From Geosiphon pyriformis uo1 (lineage: Eukaryota > Fungi > Glomeromycota): a DNA stretch of 64,000 nucleotides. The stretch lies in contig JAAOMT010000134.1 in assembly GCA_016748015.1 (NCBI GenBank), positions 316,757-380,756 on the forward strand. Direction: 5' to 3'. The position numbers were made by a program, and so were the translations under genes. This document shows positions 23,316 to 37,886 of the stretch, piece after piece (within the stretch, counting starts at the first letter, position 1; each line of letters starts with the position of its first letter). The notes under the pieces were generated by a model. It was not told the DNA's origin. It ran no database searches and was given only the letters and a program-made list of their open reading frames with translations.

Positions 23316-26300
23316 CCGTTAACCTAATAATGAATAAATCATCTGATTTAAACTCCAAATTAAAACAATTTAGTAATTCTATTAACCAAAAATTGGAGAA
23401 GTACTTAACTAACAATCAAGCAATATATTAAATCCCACAATATTATAACAATTTAGGAACTTTCAATTGGTTCCAAAATTAGTTATGTCCCCCTTCATTA
23501 TCAACTCATCAATTATGATTGCAAAAAATGCATATCTGTTACAATTGTGGTAAACAAAATTATATAAGAGTTAATTGTTATGTCAGAATTAACAATTAAC
23601 AATTGAAAAATCAATATTGAAACCTAATTGTCGATTTCAAACTCTGAATTATTAATTAAGTCAAGAATTATATTAATCTTATTACATCCAAATAATGCAA
23701 CAAGCAATATACTTACTCCAATTTATTAGCTGCCAGTACCAGTAATATATCAACTACAACCACAAGTCATTTATCAACCCCAATCATTTTAAACACTGCT
23801 ACCAAATTCAGCTCAAATAACACCTAAAAACCAGAGACTGAGAATAATCCATATTTAGCAAAACTAGAGATTAACAATGATTATGTACCAATTAATCTCC
23901 AGTTCATTTAGTCAATCATTAAGATTATGTCAACAGAGTTTGGGAACTGGATACAACCAAAACCCAAATTTTCAGAACTATTTAAGTCTTCTGATTACTT
24001 CAGAAGATGTCAAACTTAGCAAACAAGAACCCAATTAAACCCAGCTATTCTTTAACAATATTTTATTAGCAATCATTATTGAAAACAAATTACTTACTGT
24101 CATTTTCTCTTTTAAACTCAAGAAACCAGTCAAAATGTCTCTATTCAGTAGAGCCACTCTTGAAGCAAAGCCAATCACTGCAATATATACTGATATAAAA
24201 GTCAATGGCCACTCTATCAAACTAATTCTTAATAATGAATTAGCAGACAGTATTATTACAAGACAATTCATGGACTAATTAGGTTATTAAGTTGATTGTG
24301 TTGCCAGTACCAGAATTATTACTGCTAATAAAATGACAAAAATGCTTATTAATAAGATTAATAACTTTCTATTCAAAGTCAATGGCATCATCACACCAAT
24401 TAAAGTCTTTATCATAGAAGTTATTTAATATTAAGCTTTTATTGGTAATAACTGGCTGTTTAAAACCAATGCAATGCTTAACTAGAACATCCAAAAATTA
24501 CAACTGAGCCAAAATGGCCAAAACATTTGAGTACCAGCCACTTGTGGTCATTTCAAAACTGCCACCAACAAGCAACCACTAATTGAGTTTGAAAAAGAAG
24601 AAAAAAAACCTATCTGGAAAATGTATTAGATATTATGAGCTAAAGAAGATTACAATGAACTACCACCAATTCCAGACTGGAAAAAAAAAGCAAAAGAACC
24701 CAAAGCAACTATTTTTACTTATATTCTATATACTACTTATTATGCCAACTTACCATATTGTTGGCCAAAGCTAGTTTGTGTTAATTGTAACAAAAAATTG
24801 TCATAAATAGGCACATGCTATGGTGATGACAAAAAATGATCTATAACAACAAAATACTACTGTCACCTATGTATTTTTGAATGTTTTGAATGACCAAAAA
24901 GACAAAGAAAATAGGACAATAAACTATGTCTTGCCTGTGAAGAAACTCTGTTAGACAAAGGAATGTAGAATAACATTCTTAATTATGGAGAAACATATGA
25001 TAAATTGTGTTAATACACAATTTTTATAAGTGATTGGATAAGAAAAAGAATGCCAATAAATACTGTCTGAAGAAGAGCTATAAAACATTTAGACAGCTGT
25101 TCACATAATAATGACAAAATCTGGCAAATAACAATTGCCAAAATCAAAAGTGTGTTTTTAGAAAAAATAAAAACAATCAAAGACAATTTACCAAAACCCA
25201 AAGAAATCATTTGGATCCCAAACCCCAATATTACTCTAAAGGTTATAAATTCAGAACAATTTTATAAACACTATCAGAAATTAGCACTCACTAAAGAGAA
25301 ACAAGAACAATGTTTAGAATAGCTCAATACTTGCTTATGTAATCATCATTTAATTCTGTATGATTTTCAATATTGTAATAATTGTGACATTATTTACAAT
25401 CTACCATCATACATAATCTATTTAATCTCTAATTATAATTTCAAACAATATATTGCACTTTCAGATCTCTTGATAAAGCAGGAACTAAAATGGTTTAGCA
25501 ATAATGAAGAAAATATTATGCCAGAATGTGTACATAATATTAATATAGAGTTTAATTTTAGATATCTGAAAAAAATGACCATCAAATTAGAACCATATTT
25601 GTACACTAGCATTGATCTTAAAATAGCACTGGAAATTCTAGCAACAACAATGGTTTAATTAGCATTTAGATCTAGTTTAGTAAAGAAAAGAATCAACATC
25701 AAGGAAGAAATAATTAATGCAGAATATGTAAGAAATATTATTGCAATACTACAAAATAATTCAGAAAAACCATATATATTTAAATTAAATAAAAAAATAG
25801 CATAGGCAATATTCCTACTTCTGGTTAAAATAACCCAGTTAGTATTAATAGGAATAAGAGAAAAATTAAAAATTACAGTCAGAGGAAAAAATGAATTCGG
25901 ATTAATAAATAGAATAAATATACCAGTCAATATAACAGAAAAGAAATCAATTAACAAGAGAAAAATTATCTCTATCAATCATTCAGTTTCTATTCTGCCA
26001 TATAACTAGTATATGTTAGTAATAGAAAAAAAAGTAAGAGATCAACTCCAGATTTTTGAAGCAGAATTAACTATTTGTGAATCAGAAAAGATTGGAATTA
26101 CCAATTTTTATATACTAGCCAAAAACTATAAACACCTCAAAATTTTCATTTCCAACATGACTAGAGACACCATCAAAATACCAAGCAGTACTATTATCAG
26201 ATACTTAAGTACTAAAGTTGAGAATCAACCACCAAGTACCATTCCAGATTTTTTATAACTGTGTAAATATGTGAATATCATATTACAAATTATATACAGA

Positions 26301-26594
26301 TGGAAAAAATGTTATTTGCTCCAACCAAAACAATTAGACCAAATAAACTTGGAAAACTTAGACTTACTTTAATACATACAGCTCAAAATATTACTCAATA
26401 ATTTCACCAATATTTTTGCAAGTGAAAATAAGTTTGGCAGAACTGATATAATTCAGCATCAAATCAAGATTAAAGATGCTATGCCAATCAAACAACAAGC
26501 ATATCAAATACCACCAGTCAGCTATAAAATTATTTGACAAAAAATCAACAAAATGTTGGACAATAAGTTAATTCAACCATCAATGAGTCTATAG

Positions 26595-27362
26595 TGTTAC
26601 TTATAAAAAGAAAATAGATATAGAAAATAGCAGACCAATAAGAGAATAGTATTTAGCATATGAACACATTATTCAGCAATGTGAAGCAATGTCAGAAATC
26701 ATGGCATATTGCTCAAGAAATCATAACACATTGCTTGGAAATGTGAGCAATCTCATAGAACATCAATTATGTATATATAGTAGTAGCATTAGAAGTAGAA
26801 AAGAGCAGAATCCTTTAGTTAGAAATCTCCAATTCACAAATATTGAATAAATAAATTATTTACCATCCAAATCCACTCTTTACTATCTAAACTCCATGTT
26901 GATAGCAATTGATACTTAACCACATTGGAACAATAGCTCTTGATCATGACTATTGATGGATACTAACCTGTATATTGCCTTGGCTCATTTTTTTATGTTA
27001 TTTCTTTTATTTTCTTGTTTAATTGTTGTTATTATTAACTCTATTGAGGATTAATGTGTGGGGTACTGACATCAAGATATAGCACTGGTAAAAGACCCAA
27101 GAATAAGGGTAGGACACTCGATTGAGAATAGCTTACCAGGAGGAATACCAGCCATCAAGCTAAAAAAGAAATTGACAAAACTGTGGTTTCAGGAAGCTAC
27201 AAATAAAACTATTACCACTGAATCTCTGTCTATTATACAAAAAACTCAACCAAAGCCTTCAGATAAACACACCTTCAGATATTACTAACAACATTATATT
27301 AATTGAGCACCAAGTTACGGGTTTGTTATTTGTCTTGAGACTCCAAGTAATCACTTGTAACA
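26595..27362 (+). repeat. 5' LTR of D
   Basis: TGTTAC..GTAACA followed by the PBS. Confidence 0.92.
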
Positions 27363-27765
27363 TTTGGTGCTCCCTGTAAGATATAATCTTACAGAGAACC
27401 AGCACCAACAAATAAATCAACAGTGGCAGAATCAGAAAATATAGGAGCAAACCATTTAGAATTTGCAAAATTCTTATTTCAACACTACTGTCAACACTTA
27501 AGATTAATCCCAAATCACATACCAGCAGAATCAGCCTTCAACTTTTACGTCAACGAATAAAATGCCTACTTATTAAGAACAGCAACAAATACTGAATCAG
27601 CAAAGAAAACTTTTTACAACAAATTAATCCAAAACAGCAGCTTACCAACAAACTATAATTTTGCATCCATCATCACTGAGATTAATAAAAAAATTAAACA
27701 TTACACACAACAGAGATACCCAATTACTTACGCAAGTAAAGACAAAAGAAAACTACAAACACCAA

Positions 27766-28623
27766 TGTTATGATTGAATATTTAGAGTTTCAAGTTAAAT
27801 AACAAACCTGTAACTTGGTGCTTAAAAGTTATTTCTGTTGATGATATTCTGAAAGTGTTGTATCTGAAGGTTTTAATGGAGTACTTTGTATAATAGACAG
27901 AGATTTAATAGTGCGGCAATTTGTCATTTGTTGTCAGTTGTTTTCCCAATTTCTTTCTCAGCTTGGTGGCCAGATTTATTCTGGCAGTTGTGCCCTTCTG
28001 GTAAGCTAACTGATAATATATATAAATCTACTCTTATTTCTGAGTCTTTTACCAGGCTATTCATAATGTCAATAACTTAATGCTTTTAATCCTCAATCAA
28101 TTAGTATGTACAACAAAATCAAAGAAAGAAAGAAAAAAAAATAAAAAAAATAACAATGATGAAAATAAGCCAAGGCAATTTGGTAAGTTAGTATTTCGTC
28201 AATAGCCATGATTAAGAGCTATTATTCCAGCATAGTTAAGTATCAATTACTATCAACATGAAGTGTTGATAGTGGAGAATGGATTGAGATATAAAATAAT
28301 TGGGAACTGGAAGGTTGCTTAGATCAAATCTAAACTAAGAGATCTGTCTTTTTAGCTTCTAACACTACTGCTATATATACATAATTAAAATTCCTCAATT
28401 TCTCGATTCTTTACAACAAGAATCTTGGAATTTCTGGAATCCTGTGATTCCTTTGAGAAAAATCCTGGAATTTTGGAATTCTGCAATTCTTTGTGTGAGA
28501 ATTCTGTAATTCCTAAAATCCTGCAATTTTTGAAAAAAAATCCTGGAATTCTACATTTACTATATCTACTTCTGATTGGCTAATAATTATGCTACTATAT
28601 TTCCTATATTTCTATGAGTAGCA
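27766..28623 (-). repeat. 3' LTR of E
   Basis: Direct repeat of 37015-37886. Confidence 0.92.
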
Positions 28624-28636
28624 TTATTTCCTCCTT

Positions 28637-29266
28637 TTAATATTAAGCTTTGTCAAAATCCAACTCTTTTAATTCCCCCTCTTGAAGTATCTCCTGGATT
28701 TTGTTTTCAATAATTACTTGTGTTATTTGAGTTTGTAATTCTTCAAATTGAGCATTGGTGATCTTTTCCAATTGATTACTGGTAACCATATCCATTGCTT
28801 TGTTAAGTAAGTTTTCTGGTCGATCCTAAAATGCTGTGTGTATTTGGTATATAGTTCGAGCTTGTGTGAATAAATTATTTTTTCTCACAAAATGTTCTAG
28901 TTGTTGTAGTATTGTTGTGTCGAATAACTGCTTTGTTTTATCCATATATAAATTTTGAATATTTACGTGTTGTCCCAAGTAAAAATAACAATAGTTTCTT
29001 GGAAATTGTTGTGTTTACCAATTCCAAGTTTCCTTAGTCAACTCTTGATATATTGACTCTTTTGTCAATTTTTTTATTGCCAATTTTACTTTTGTAATGA
29101 TTTTGTTGATAGTATTTTCTGGTTTCTTCTGTTTTCTGTGTTGCAATGTCTTTCTAGTATCTTGATATCGAATGGTTTATTGATTGATTGTAATCTCCAT
29201 TTCTTGGTGCTAGATCAATTGAAAAAGTTGTTGTGCTAGTGAGTGAATGTTGTCTGTAATCTCCAT
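28637..29266 (-). pseudogene. E ORF3 (210 codons, divergent homolog)
   Basis: MEITDNIHSLAQQLFQ...NYCYFYLGQ...ARTIYQIH...; the stop is at the PPT. Confidence 0.8.
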
Positions 29267-29299
29267 TTTTCTGATATTTCCTGTCATGTTTACCATGTC

Positions 29300-32200
29300 T
29301 TTATATATTCTTTTTGATGGATCAATTTAACGTGTTGTTGTCAATAATAATAATTGGTTCCAGATCTCGTGGAATCTCATCTGGTTGGACTATTATTCTC
29401 TGTACTCCTAATTGTGGAATATTATTAGTGGATGGTAGTGTAGTGTTGTGGTATGATTTCAGTCAATCTCTATGTGCTGCTTTGATTAAAATTTTGTTGT
29501 CCAGTCTTAACTTGTAAGCTCTATTTCCTAGAATTTTTTTTATGTGAAATAGTCTATCCCATTTGAAATCGAATTTTTCACTCCATTGTTTTTCCACTTT
29601 GGTATGATGTAAGAGTACTTTGTCTCCAATCTTGAATTCAACTGGTTTGTTTGGTAGTTGACTATTGTGTCTTTCTTTTTGTTTCTTTTGTGACTTCTGA
29701 ATATTATCAGCTGCTCTTTTTCATTTGTTTTCTAATGTTTCCATTAAGTCATATGTTCTTCTCAGCAATGTTTCTTGAAAATTTTTTTCTGTTATTGGTT
29801 CAGCTGGATATGTATTAATTTTTTTTTCTACTGGTAAGGTTGCTGTTCTACCATATACTAATTCAAATAGTGTTACTTGTGTAATATCTTGTTTTATTGT
29901 TCAATAAGCAAATAATACTGATGGTATGAACAAACCCCATTTGTCCTGGTTTTCTTGGCTGAGTTTGGCAATTGCTTTACACAATGTTCTATTAAATCTT
30001 TCAACTAAATCATTTGTTTGTGGATGATATGGTGATGATAGTGGTCTCTTAATTCCGAATCTCTGGCTTAATTCTGCTAATGTTTTATTTACAAAGTGGG
30101 TTCCTTGGTCTGATAATAGTTTTTTTGGATATCTGTGTCAACAGATCAAATCTTGATGAATGAATTTGGCAACGGATTCTGCATCCGCTCTTTGAATTGC
30201 TTTCGCCTCTGGCCATTTAGTGAGATAGTCCATAGCTACTGCTATATATCTGTTTCCTCTGCTGGTGATTGTTAATGGTCCGACTAAATCAATTCCAATC
30301 CAATTAAATAGTTGTCCCACTTTGATTGGTCTTAATGGTTCACTGGGTCTTGTTTCTCTTCTTCACTGACAAGTGTCACAATTTTGAACATATTGGATGA
30401 TGTCTAGATATATTGATGGCCAATAGTATCTTTTTCTGGTTCTTTCCATGGTTGCTTCTTTGTAAAAGTGTCTGGCTGTTGGATTTGAATGCATGTTGAA
30501 TAATATTGTCTTTTTTTCTGGCTCTGTAATTACTCTGGTTGGTTGATCTAGACTCTTCTATTTTTCTGATAAAGTATATTTTGGTAAGTGATAAAATATT
30601 TTGATTGTTGTTTGATTCTCTTTCATTTCGTTTGAGATAAATTCTCCTTGAACTGTTGAGTGTTTATATAATATTGGAGTTGTTGATATTTTTGTATGTT
30701 CATCTTTTGTTATTTTTCGTTGGTATTGTTCTGGTTTTGTTATATTTTTGGGTTGAAATGTTCTTAAATTTGTCTTATTCATGACAAACCATCAGCATTT
30801 CCATTGTCTTTTCCTTTCTTATAGTGTATAGTATAAGTATATCGTGATAGTGCCATTTTTCATCTGGATTGGTGGCCGTCATCAAATTTTTGCTTTTGAA
30901 GTAATGTTAACCCTTTATGATCCATGTATATATCAAACTTTTGGCTCAAGTATTCGTTTTACTTCATGACTGCCCAATAAATTGCCAAATGTTCTAGTTC
31001 TAGTGTTCCATAGTTCTTTTCGGCTGGTGTTAGACCTCGGCTGGCATATGCTACTGGATGTTCTTTGCCGTCTGGTCTCTTCTGAGATAGTATTGCTCTT
31101 AATGCTTGGCCTGATGTATTGGTAGTAATAATGAATGGTTTGTTGTGATCTGGATAGATCAGTACTGGAGCTTGAATAAGCTTTCTTTTCAGAATATCAA
31201 AAGCTTTTTGTTGACTTTCTGTCCATTCATATTTGGTATTCTTGGTTTGCAGATTATTAAGTGATCAAGCTATCTTTAAAAAGTTCTTTATAAAGTGTCA
31301 ATAATAGCTTGTGAATCCCAAGAATGATTTCAATTCAGTCACATTGGTTGGTACTGGAAAGTTCTTTACTATCTCTATTTTTTTTGAATCTGTTTTGATG
31401 CCGTTTTTACTGACTATGTGTCCCAAGAATTTTAGTTCTGTCTTGTCAAAGAAGCACTTTGTTGCATTTAACTTTAGTCCTGCTCTTTTTAGCCTTTCAA
31501 ACACTTGTTGAAGATAATAAAGATAATTATCAAATGTTTTTGAGAATACATTGGTGTTATCTAAGTATACAACTACTGATTTCCACAATAAGCCAGTATA
31601 AACAATTTCTATTAGCCATTGGAAAGTGGCTGGGGCATTGGTTAAGCCAAAAGATATTACTTTAAATTTGAAATTCCTTTCTCTAGTAGTGAATGTCATC
31701 TTCTCTTTATTGGCTGGATCCATGACTACTTGCCAGTAACCACTATCTAAGTCTAATATTGAGAATCATTTGTTTCCACCAAAAGCGTCGAATAATTCCT
31801 GAATTCATAAAGTCGGGTAGCTGTCTCCATGAATTACACCGTTGAGTTTTTTGTAATCCACACAAAATCAGATTTTTCTATTCTTCTTATGGACAAGTAT
31901 CACTGGTGATGACCATGGGCTCATAGATGGCTGGATTAGCCCATTGTCAAGCATTCGATTAATTTCTTGACAAATGATTTCATGGCTGGCTGGTGGTACC
32001 CTGTATGCTTGCTGTTTGATTGGCATTGCATCTCCAGTCTTGATTTGATGTTGGATGATGTCAGTTCTGCCAAATTTGTTTTCACTGGCAAAGATGTCAT
32101 TGAAATTGTTGAGTAACATCTTGAGCTGCATATGTTGTAGTGGGTCTAGATTTCTTATGTTCATTTGTTCTAATTGTTCTGGTTGGAGCAAATAACATTT

Positions 32201-35200
32201 GTCTCATCCATAAATTGTTTGTGATATGATGTCGACATATGCACAAAGTTGTGGAAAGTCTGGAATGGGGTTTGGTTGTTGGTCTTCTATTTTTGTAATT
32301 AAATATCTGATGGTGATTCCTTCTGGTATGTTGATGACTTTGCCAGTGTAGTTGTAGATGAGAATTTTTATGCAGCTATAGCTCTTGGCTAGTATGTGAA
32401 GATTGATCAGTTCAATCTCTTCTGATTCACAAAGGTTTGCTTCAGCTTCAAAAATCTGTTCTTGCTCCTTTTCCTTTTTTTCTATTGCTAGCATGTACTG
32501 GCTATATGGTGGAATGGAAATAGCTTGACCAGTTGAGATAATTTCTCCTTGGCCAACAATTTCTTCCTCTGCCATATTAACTAGTACCTCTATTCTACCC
32601 ATTGACCCAAATCCCTGTATCCTTCTTGCTGTTATTCCCAATTCCTCCCTTGTTCCCACTTCCACTAAGCTGGCTATTTTGACTAATGGCAGGAATATGG
32701 CCTGTGCTATCTTTTCATTTGGCTCAATTATATAGGCCTTTTCTGAGTTATTTTGTAGCATGGCACTGATATTTTCTGTATATTCTGCATCTACTATTCC
32801 CCCTTTAATATTAATCCTCTTCTTTGCTAAACTACTCCTAGATGCTAAAAGAACCATGGTTGTTGTTGGAATCTCTAGAGCTATTTTCAAATCAATGCAT
32901 ACTCATGCGTTTGGTTCCAATTTGATGACATCTTTTCCTGGATATCTTAGATCAAACTCTGCATCTGTATTATGCATATATTCCTACATGATACCTTCAT
33001 CATTATGACTAAACCATTTAAGCTTTTTTTTTTTAGAGAGGTCAGGGAGTGCGATATATTGTTCGCAGTTTAAATTGGGATTTGAATCTGAGTTGGAGTC
33101 ATTGCCATTTTAAATGGAGCTGGAACCATTATTCTTGTCGTCATTGTTGTCAGAGTTTGAATCAGGATCGAATGGTAATTCTGACTCTGATGTGCAGCTG
33201 CTGATTGGTTTTTTTTTTTCGGAGATCATGTAGATCATGCATGGTAGTGGATTGTAAATAAGATTACAATCGTCACAATATTCAAAATTACTGAGAATTA
33301 AACAATAACAATACAGTCTTGTATTCAACTGTGCTAGCCATTGTTCTTGCTCCTCTCTAGTGAGTGCCAAGTTTTGGTAGTGCTTATAGAACTCTTCTGG
33401 TTCCAAAAAATTTATGACTGGCTTTATGTCCCAGTCAAGCTTGATGGGTTCTGGTGAGTTGTTTTTAATTGTCCTGATTTCTTCTGGCAATGCATCTTCA
33501 ATTTTGGCGATTACCATTTGCCATAATTCATTGTCATCATGTGGACAACTGTCCAATCACTGTACAGCTCTTCTCCAGGCAGCTTCTATTGGTGTCCTTT
33601 TCTCGACCCAGTTGCTAATGAAGATCGTGTATTGGCAGGAAACATCGCATGTTCTTTTTCTCCCAGAAATGTTGTTCCACATTCTTTTGTTGAGAAGAGT
33701 TTTTCCACAGGCTAGACATGGTGTATTATCCCATTTTCCCACTCATTTTGGTCTTCCAAAACATTCAATGAGGCATGCATGGCAATAGAACTTGGTTGCC
33801 ATCTGATATTCTTCGTTGTCATCACAGCATGTGCCCATTGATAACAATTTTTTGTTGCAATCAATGCATATCAGTTTGGGTCGGCAATAGGTTGATGATT
33901 GTTGTTGACCATAGGTGTATAAGATATAAGTGTTGTTGGCTTGAGTGTTTTCTTCCTCCCTCTCTTTCCCTTTTCCCTTTTCTTCTTTCTACTCCCAACT
34001 TGATGGTTCTTCCTGTTCGTTGTTGGTCCAGATCAAATCATCTGTCTCCCAGATCAGTTCCTCTTTTTGCTTTCCCTTGGGGTTGTCATTCTATGAGAGT
34101 ATTAACAGCAGTTTGTTGTGGTTTGGATCGGCCCATAAGACTTGGTAGGCTTCCCAAGTAGGTTTTGTCTATTCTTCGAAGTCAATTAGTGGTGCTAATA
34201 AGTTGGTGGTCTTGAAGTGACCACATGTGACTGGTATTTGTGTGTGTCATTCATTCTAACTGAGCTGGAGTTCTTGTGTGATTCAGTTGAACACAGCGTT
34301 GGTTTTAATTAGCCAATTATTACCAACTAGTGCTTGGTACTAAGTTGTTTTCATTACCAAGACTTTAATAAGGGTGATGATGCCATTAACTTCAATTGGG
34401 AAGTCGTCAATTTCGCCAATAAGCATTTTCGTGGCACCATCTGCAGTGATGATTCTAGTACTGGCAGTTTGATCAACTTGGCAACTTAATTGATTCATGA
34501 ATTGCTTGGTAATGATGCTGCCTGCTGAATCACTATCAAGGATGAGTTTAATAGGGTGTCCATCTACTTTTGCATTAGTGTACATTGCTGTGATGGGTTT
34601 TTCTTCAAGAATGGCTCCACTGAATAGTGGTAATTGGAATGGCTTTTCAAGTTCAAAAGAGAAGATGGCTGCTAATGATCTATTATTAGTGACAGTTGCT
34701 GGTGGGATGTTGTTGGTAAGTGTTGTCTGTTGGTTAGATTCCAAGTTGCTGGATGTGGCATCTTCTGAAGTGACCAGAAGACTTAAATAGTGTTGAGAAT
34801 TTGGGTTTTGGGTGGTACCAGTACCCGAATTCTGCTGCCAACATTCTATTTGCTGGTTTGATAAACTGGGGATCAGTTGGTGAACTATCATTGCCAATCT
34901 CTAATTTTGAGTAATTCTAAGTCTTGGGTTTCCTGATGTTATAGTAGCTGAGTTTTTGGGGTGGTGTTTGAATTGGTTGGGGTTAATAGATCACTTGAGA
35001 CAGCTAATAGATTATTTGTGGCTGCAGTGAATAAATTGTTGGGTTTTGATAAACTGGAGGTTGATATACTGGTGGTTGATAGATTGGTTGCTGTGTTATT
35101 AGTAGGTAAGTGGTTTGATATTGTGTTAAGTTTGATTGATGATTCAGAGTTGAGAACTGGCGATCAGGGTTTCGATATTGATTTTCCGATTGTTGGTTAT

Positions 35201-36952
35201 TTAAACGCTGGCAGCAGTCAAGTTGAATATGTCCTTGTTTACCATAATAGTGGCAGATACGTGTTTTCTGTTGTCACTGTTGATTGGTCGATGAAGATAA
35301 ACGTGGTTGATTTTGGCCATGATTAGAGTTTCCTTGATTATTGCATTGTTGTGCAGGCTGATAAATGACGTGATTGTTAGCTAAGTATTCTTCTAATCTC
35401 TTATTAATTGATTCACTGAACTTCTCCAATTTGGAATCCAATTTAGATGATCCATTCATTACTAAATTAATGGCTTGGGCATGGTTGGCTTCTGACTCAG
35501 TAGATTCAAAATCTCTGGCGCATATGACTGTATCTTGAAGTGTGCCTGGATGCAATGGATGTACATGTTGCAAAATGCTGCTGCACAGGCCATGAATAAA
35601 CTGGTTGAGAATCTGTGGTGCTGTGAAATAGTTGGTGTTAATTGCTTGAATTTGGCACAGATTTCGATGGAAGCATTCCAGGTAAGTGGTGACTGCTTCA
35701 GTTTCTCCTTGTTTCATAGTGGTGAATGTGTTGACTAGGTGATTAATGCTGTTATTGTTGCTGAAGTATCTTAGGAATTCCACTTTGAAGGCATTAAAAT
35801 CTTGTGGTTTATTAATCAAGCTCTGGTATCATGAATTGGTGGTATTCTTGAGAAAGTAGGAAATGGCTTGCATTGCTTAGGCGTCATTCCATCCATTGGC
35901 TGCGATGGTCTTTTCTACATCATTCAGCCATACTTGAGTGTCATCTTCTTCGCCAGTAAAGTTGTCAAGTTTTGTGATTAGTGCATAGGCCATTGGATCT
36001 AAGTTGAGTGGTTGTGGTGGCTGTTGAAGTAGTTGTTGAAGAGGTAACAGTTGTTGGGATGGTACTTGAGGTGGTTAAATTGGCTCACCAATTGGCTCAA
36101 TTGGTGGTTGATTAATGACAATAACTGGAGGTAGGTTTTGCTAATGAATTAACTCAGGGTTTTGATTTCTTTAATTTGACAGAGTTTGAATATTTGGCAT
36201 TTCAATTTCTAAATTTTCTAAATGTTGCTGAGTTTAAATGTTCTGATCTTCTAGGATTGGGTTTTGGTAATTGAATTCCTGATCCTTGTCTTTTTCTTTT
36301 TCTGATTCAGTAATTTCCCAAGGACTGACAGTTCCGAAATCTGGCTGATGAGATGGTAATTAAAATCCTGATGGTGTTGGTGATCTTGATTTAAATTCTT
36401 CAAAATAATTGTCATATGCTCCTAATAGTTCATTTTTCTTTTGTTTACTCTAAAACGCAATTTTTGCTAATGGCATCTTTGTACTGGTGAACACGTTTGC
36501 TGATGCAATGTTGATAATACTTCCGGGCATGTGATAGTATGATGGATATATTGGAGATTCAATTCTTTGTTTCTTCTAGTTAGGAATTTGTATTCCTTTG
36601 GGTGTTACTGCTGGTGTCTGTAGTTTTTCTTTGCCTTGTCTTGATAAGTAATAGGGAATATTCTTTGTGTATATCTTTCAATTTCTTGGTTGATTTCTTT
36701 GATGATAGGTGCAAAGCTGTAATTTCTTGGTAAGTTAGTGTGTTGGATTAGTTCCGAATAGAAATTTTCTCTTGCTGATTCAATGTCAACTGGTCTTCCT
36801 AGGAAATCTGTGATTTTTTTGTTGACGTAGAAATTGAAAGCTGATTCTGCTGGGTAATGGTTGTTGTTTAGGCCTAGCTGTTGGCTGTACTGTTGAAATA
36901 AAAATTTCACAAATCCTAAATAGTTTGTCTCTATTATTTCTGATTCTGCCAC
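29300..36952 (-). pseudogene. gag-pol: E gag-pol pseudogene including dUTPase (~32597-32992)
   Basis: Track ORFs 36605-36952, 35274-35819, 34340-34897 (LILDSDSAG), 32204-32890 (ASRSSL, GGIVDAEY, EKIAQ, QGFGS), 31298-31723, 30138-30320. Confidence 0.92.
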
Positions 36953-37014
36953 TTTTGGTTTGGTGTTGTCGGTGCTGGTTTTCTGTAGGATTATACCTCA
37001 CAGAGAGCACCAAA

Positions 37015-37886
37015 TGTTATGATTGAATATTTGGAGTCTCAAGTCAAATAACAAACCCATAATTTGATGCTCAAAAGTTATTTCCGTTGATGATATTCTG
37101 AAAGTGTTGTATCTGAAGGTTTTGATGGAGTTCTTTGTATAATAGACAGAGATTCAATAGTGCAGCAATTTGTCATTTGTTGTCAGTTGTTTTTCCAATT
37201 TTTTTTTCAGCTGGGTGGCTGAATTTATTCTGGCAGTTGTGCCCTTCTGGTAAACTAACTGATAATATATATAAATCTACCCTTATTTCTGGGTCTTTTA
37301 CCAGGCTATCCGTGACGTCAATAACTTAGTGCTTTTAATCCTCAATTAATTAATATGCACAACAAAATCAAAGAAAGAAAAAAAATAAAATAAAGAAAAT
37401 AACAATAATGAAAATAAGTCAAGACAATTTGGTAAGTTAGTATTTTGTCAATAGCCATGATCAAGAGCTATTGTTCCAGCATGGTTAAGTATCAATTACT
37501 ATCAACATGAAGTGTTGATAGTGGAGAGTAGATTAAGATATAAAATAATTATTTATTTAATAATTGGAAACTAGAAGATTGCTTAGATCAAATCTAAACT
37601 GAGAGGTCTGTCTTTTCAGCTTCTAATACTACTGCTATATATACATAATTGAGATTTCTCAATTCTTTGATTCTTCATGACAGGAATCCTGGAATTCCTG
37701 GAATCCTGCAATTCTTTTGAGAGAAATCTTGCAATTCTGGAATCCTGCAATTCCTTGTGTAAGAATCCTGTAATTTCTGGAATCCTGCAATTCCTGAGAG
37801 AAATCCTGGAATTCCATATTTACTATGTCTACTTCTGATTGGCTAATAATCATGCTACTATATTTCCTATATTTCTATAAGTAACA
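37015..37886 (-). repeat. 5' LTR of E with GGAATTCC/GGATTCC array (~37660-37815)
   Basis: Adjacent PBS; the array is read directly from the sequence. Confidence 0.92.

Larger units (their letters stand above)
21718..26594 (+). pseudogene. gag-pol: A gag CA/NC, PR, Cys-rich region, dUTPase (~25518-25913) and start of RT (interrupted by S2)
   Basis: YFSNNNNIN..KQ, CYNCGKQ, KLILNNELAD (decayed LDSG), IEFNFRY..ALEILATTMV. Confidence 0.88.
27766..37886 (-). mobile_element. Ty3/Gypsy element E (dUTPase family, GGAATTCC-U3 subfamily), full length, inserted in D gag
   Basis: LTRs 27766-28623 and 37015-37886; TSD CCAA/CCAG; PBS 36996-37012; PPT 28624-28638. D gag reads QTP/AVTP across the junction. 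Confidence 0.93.
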
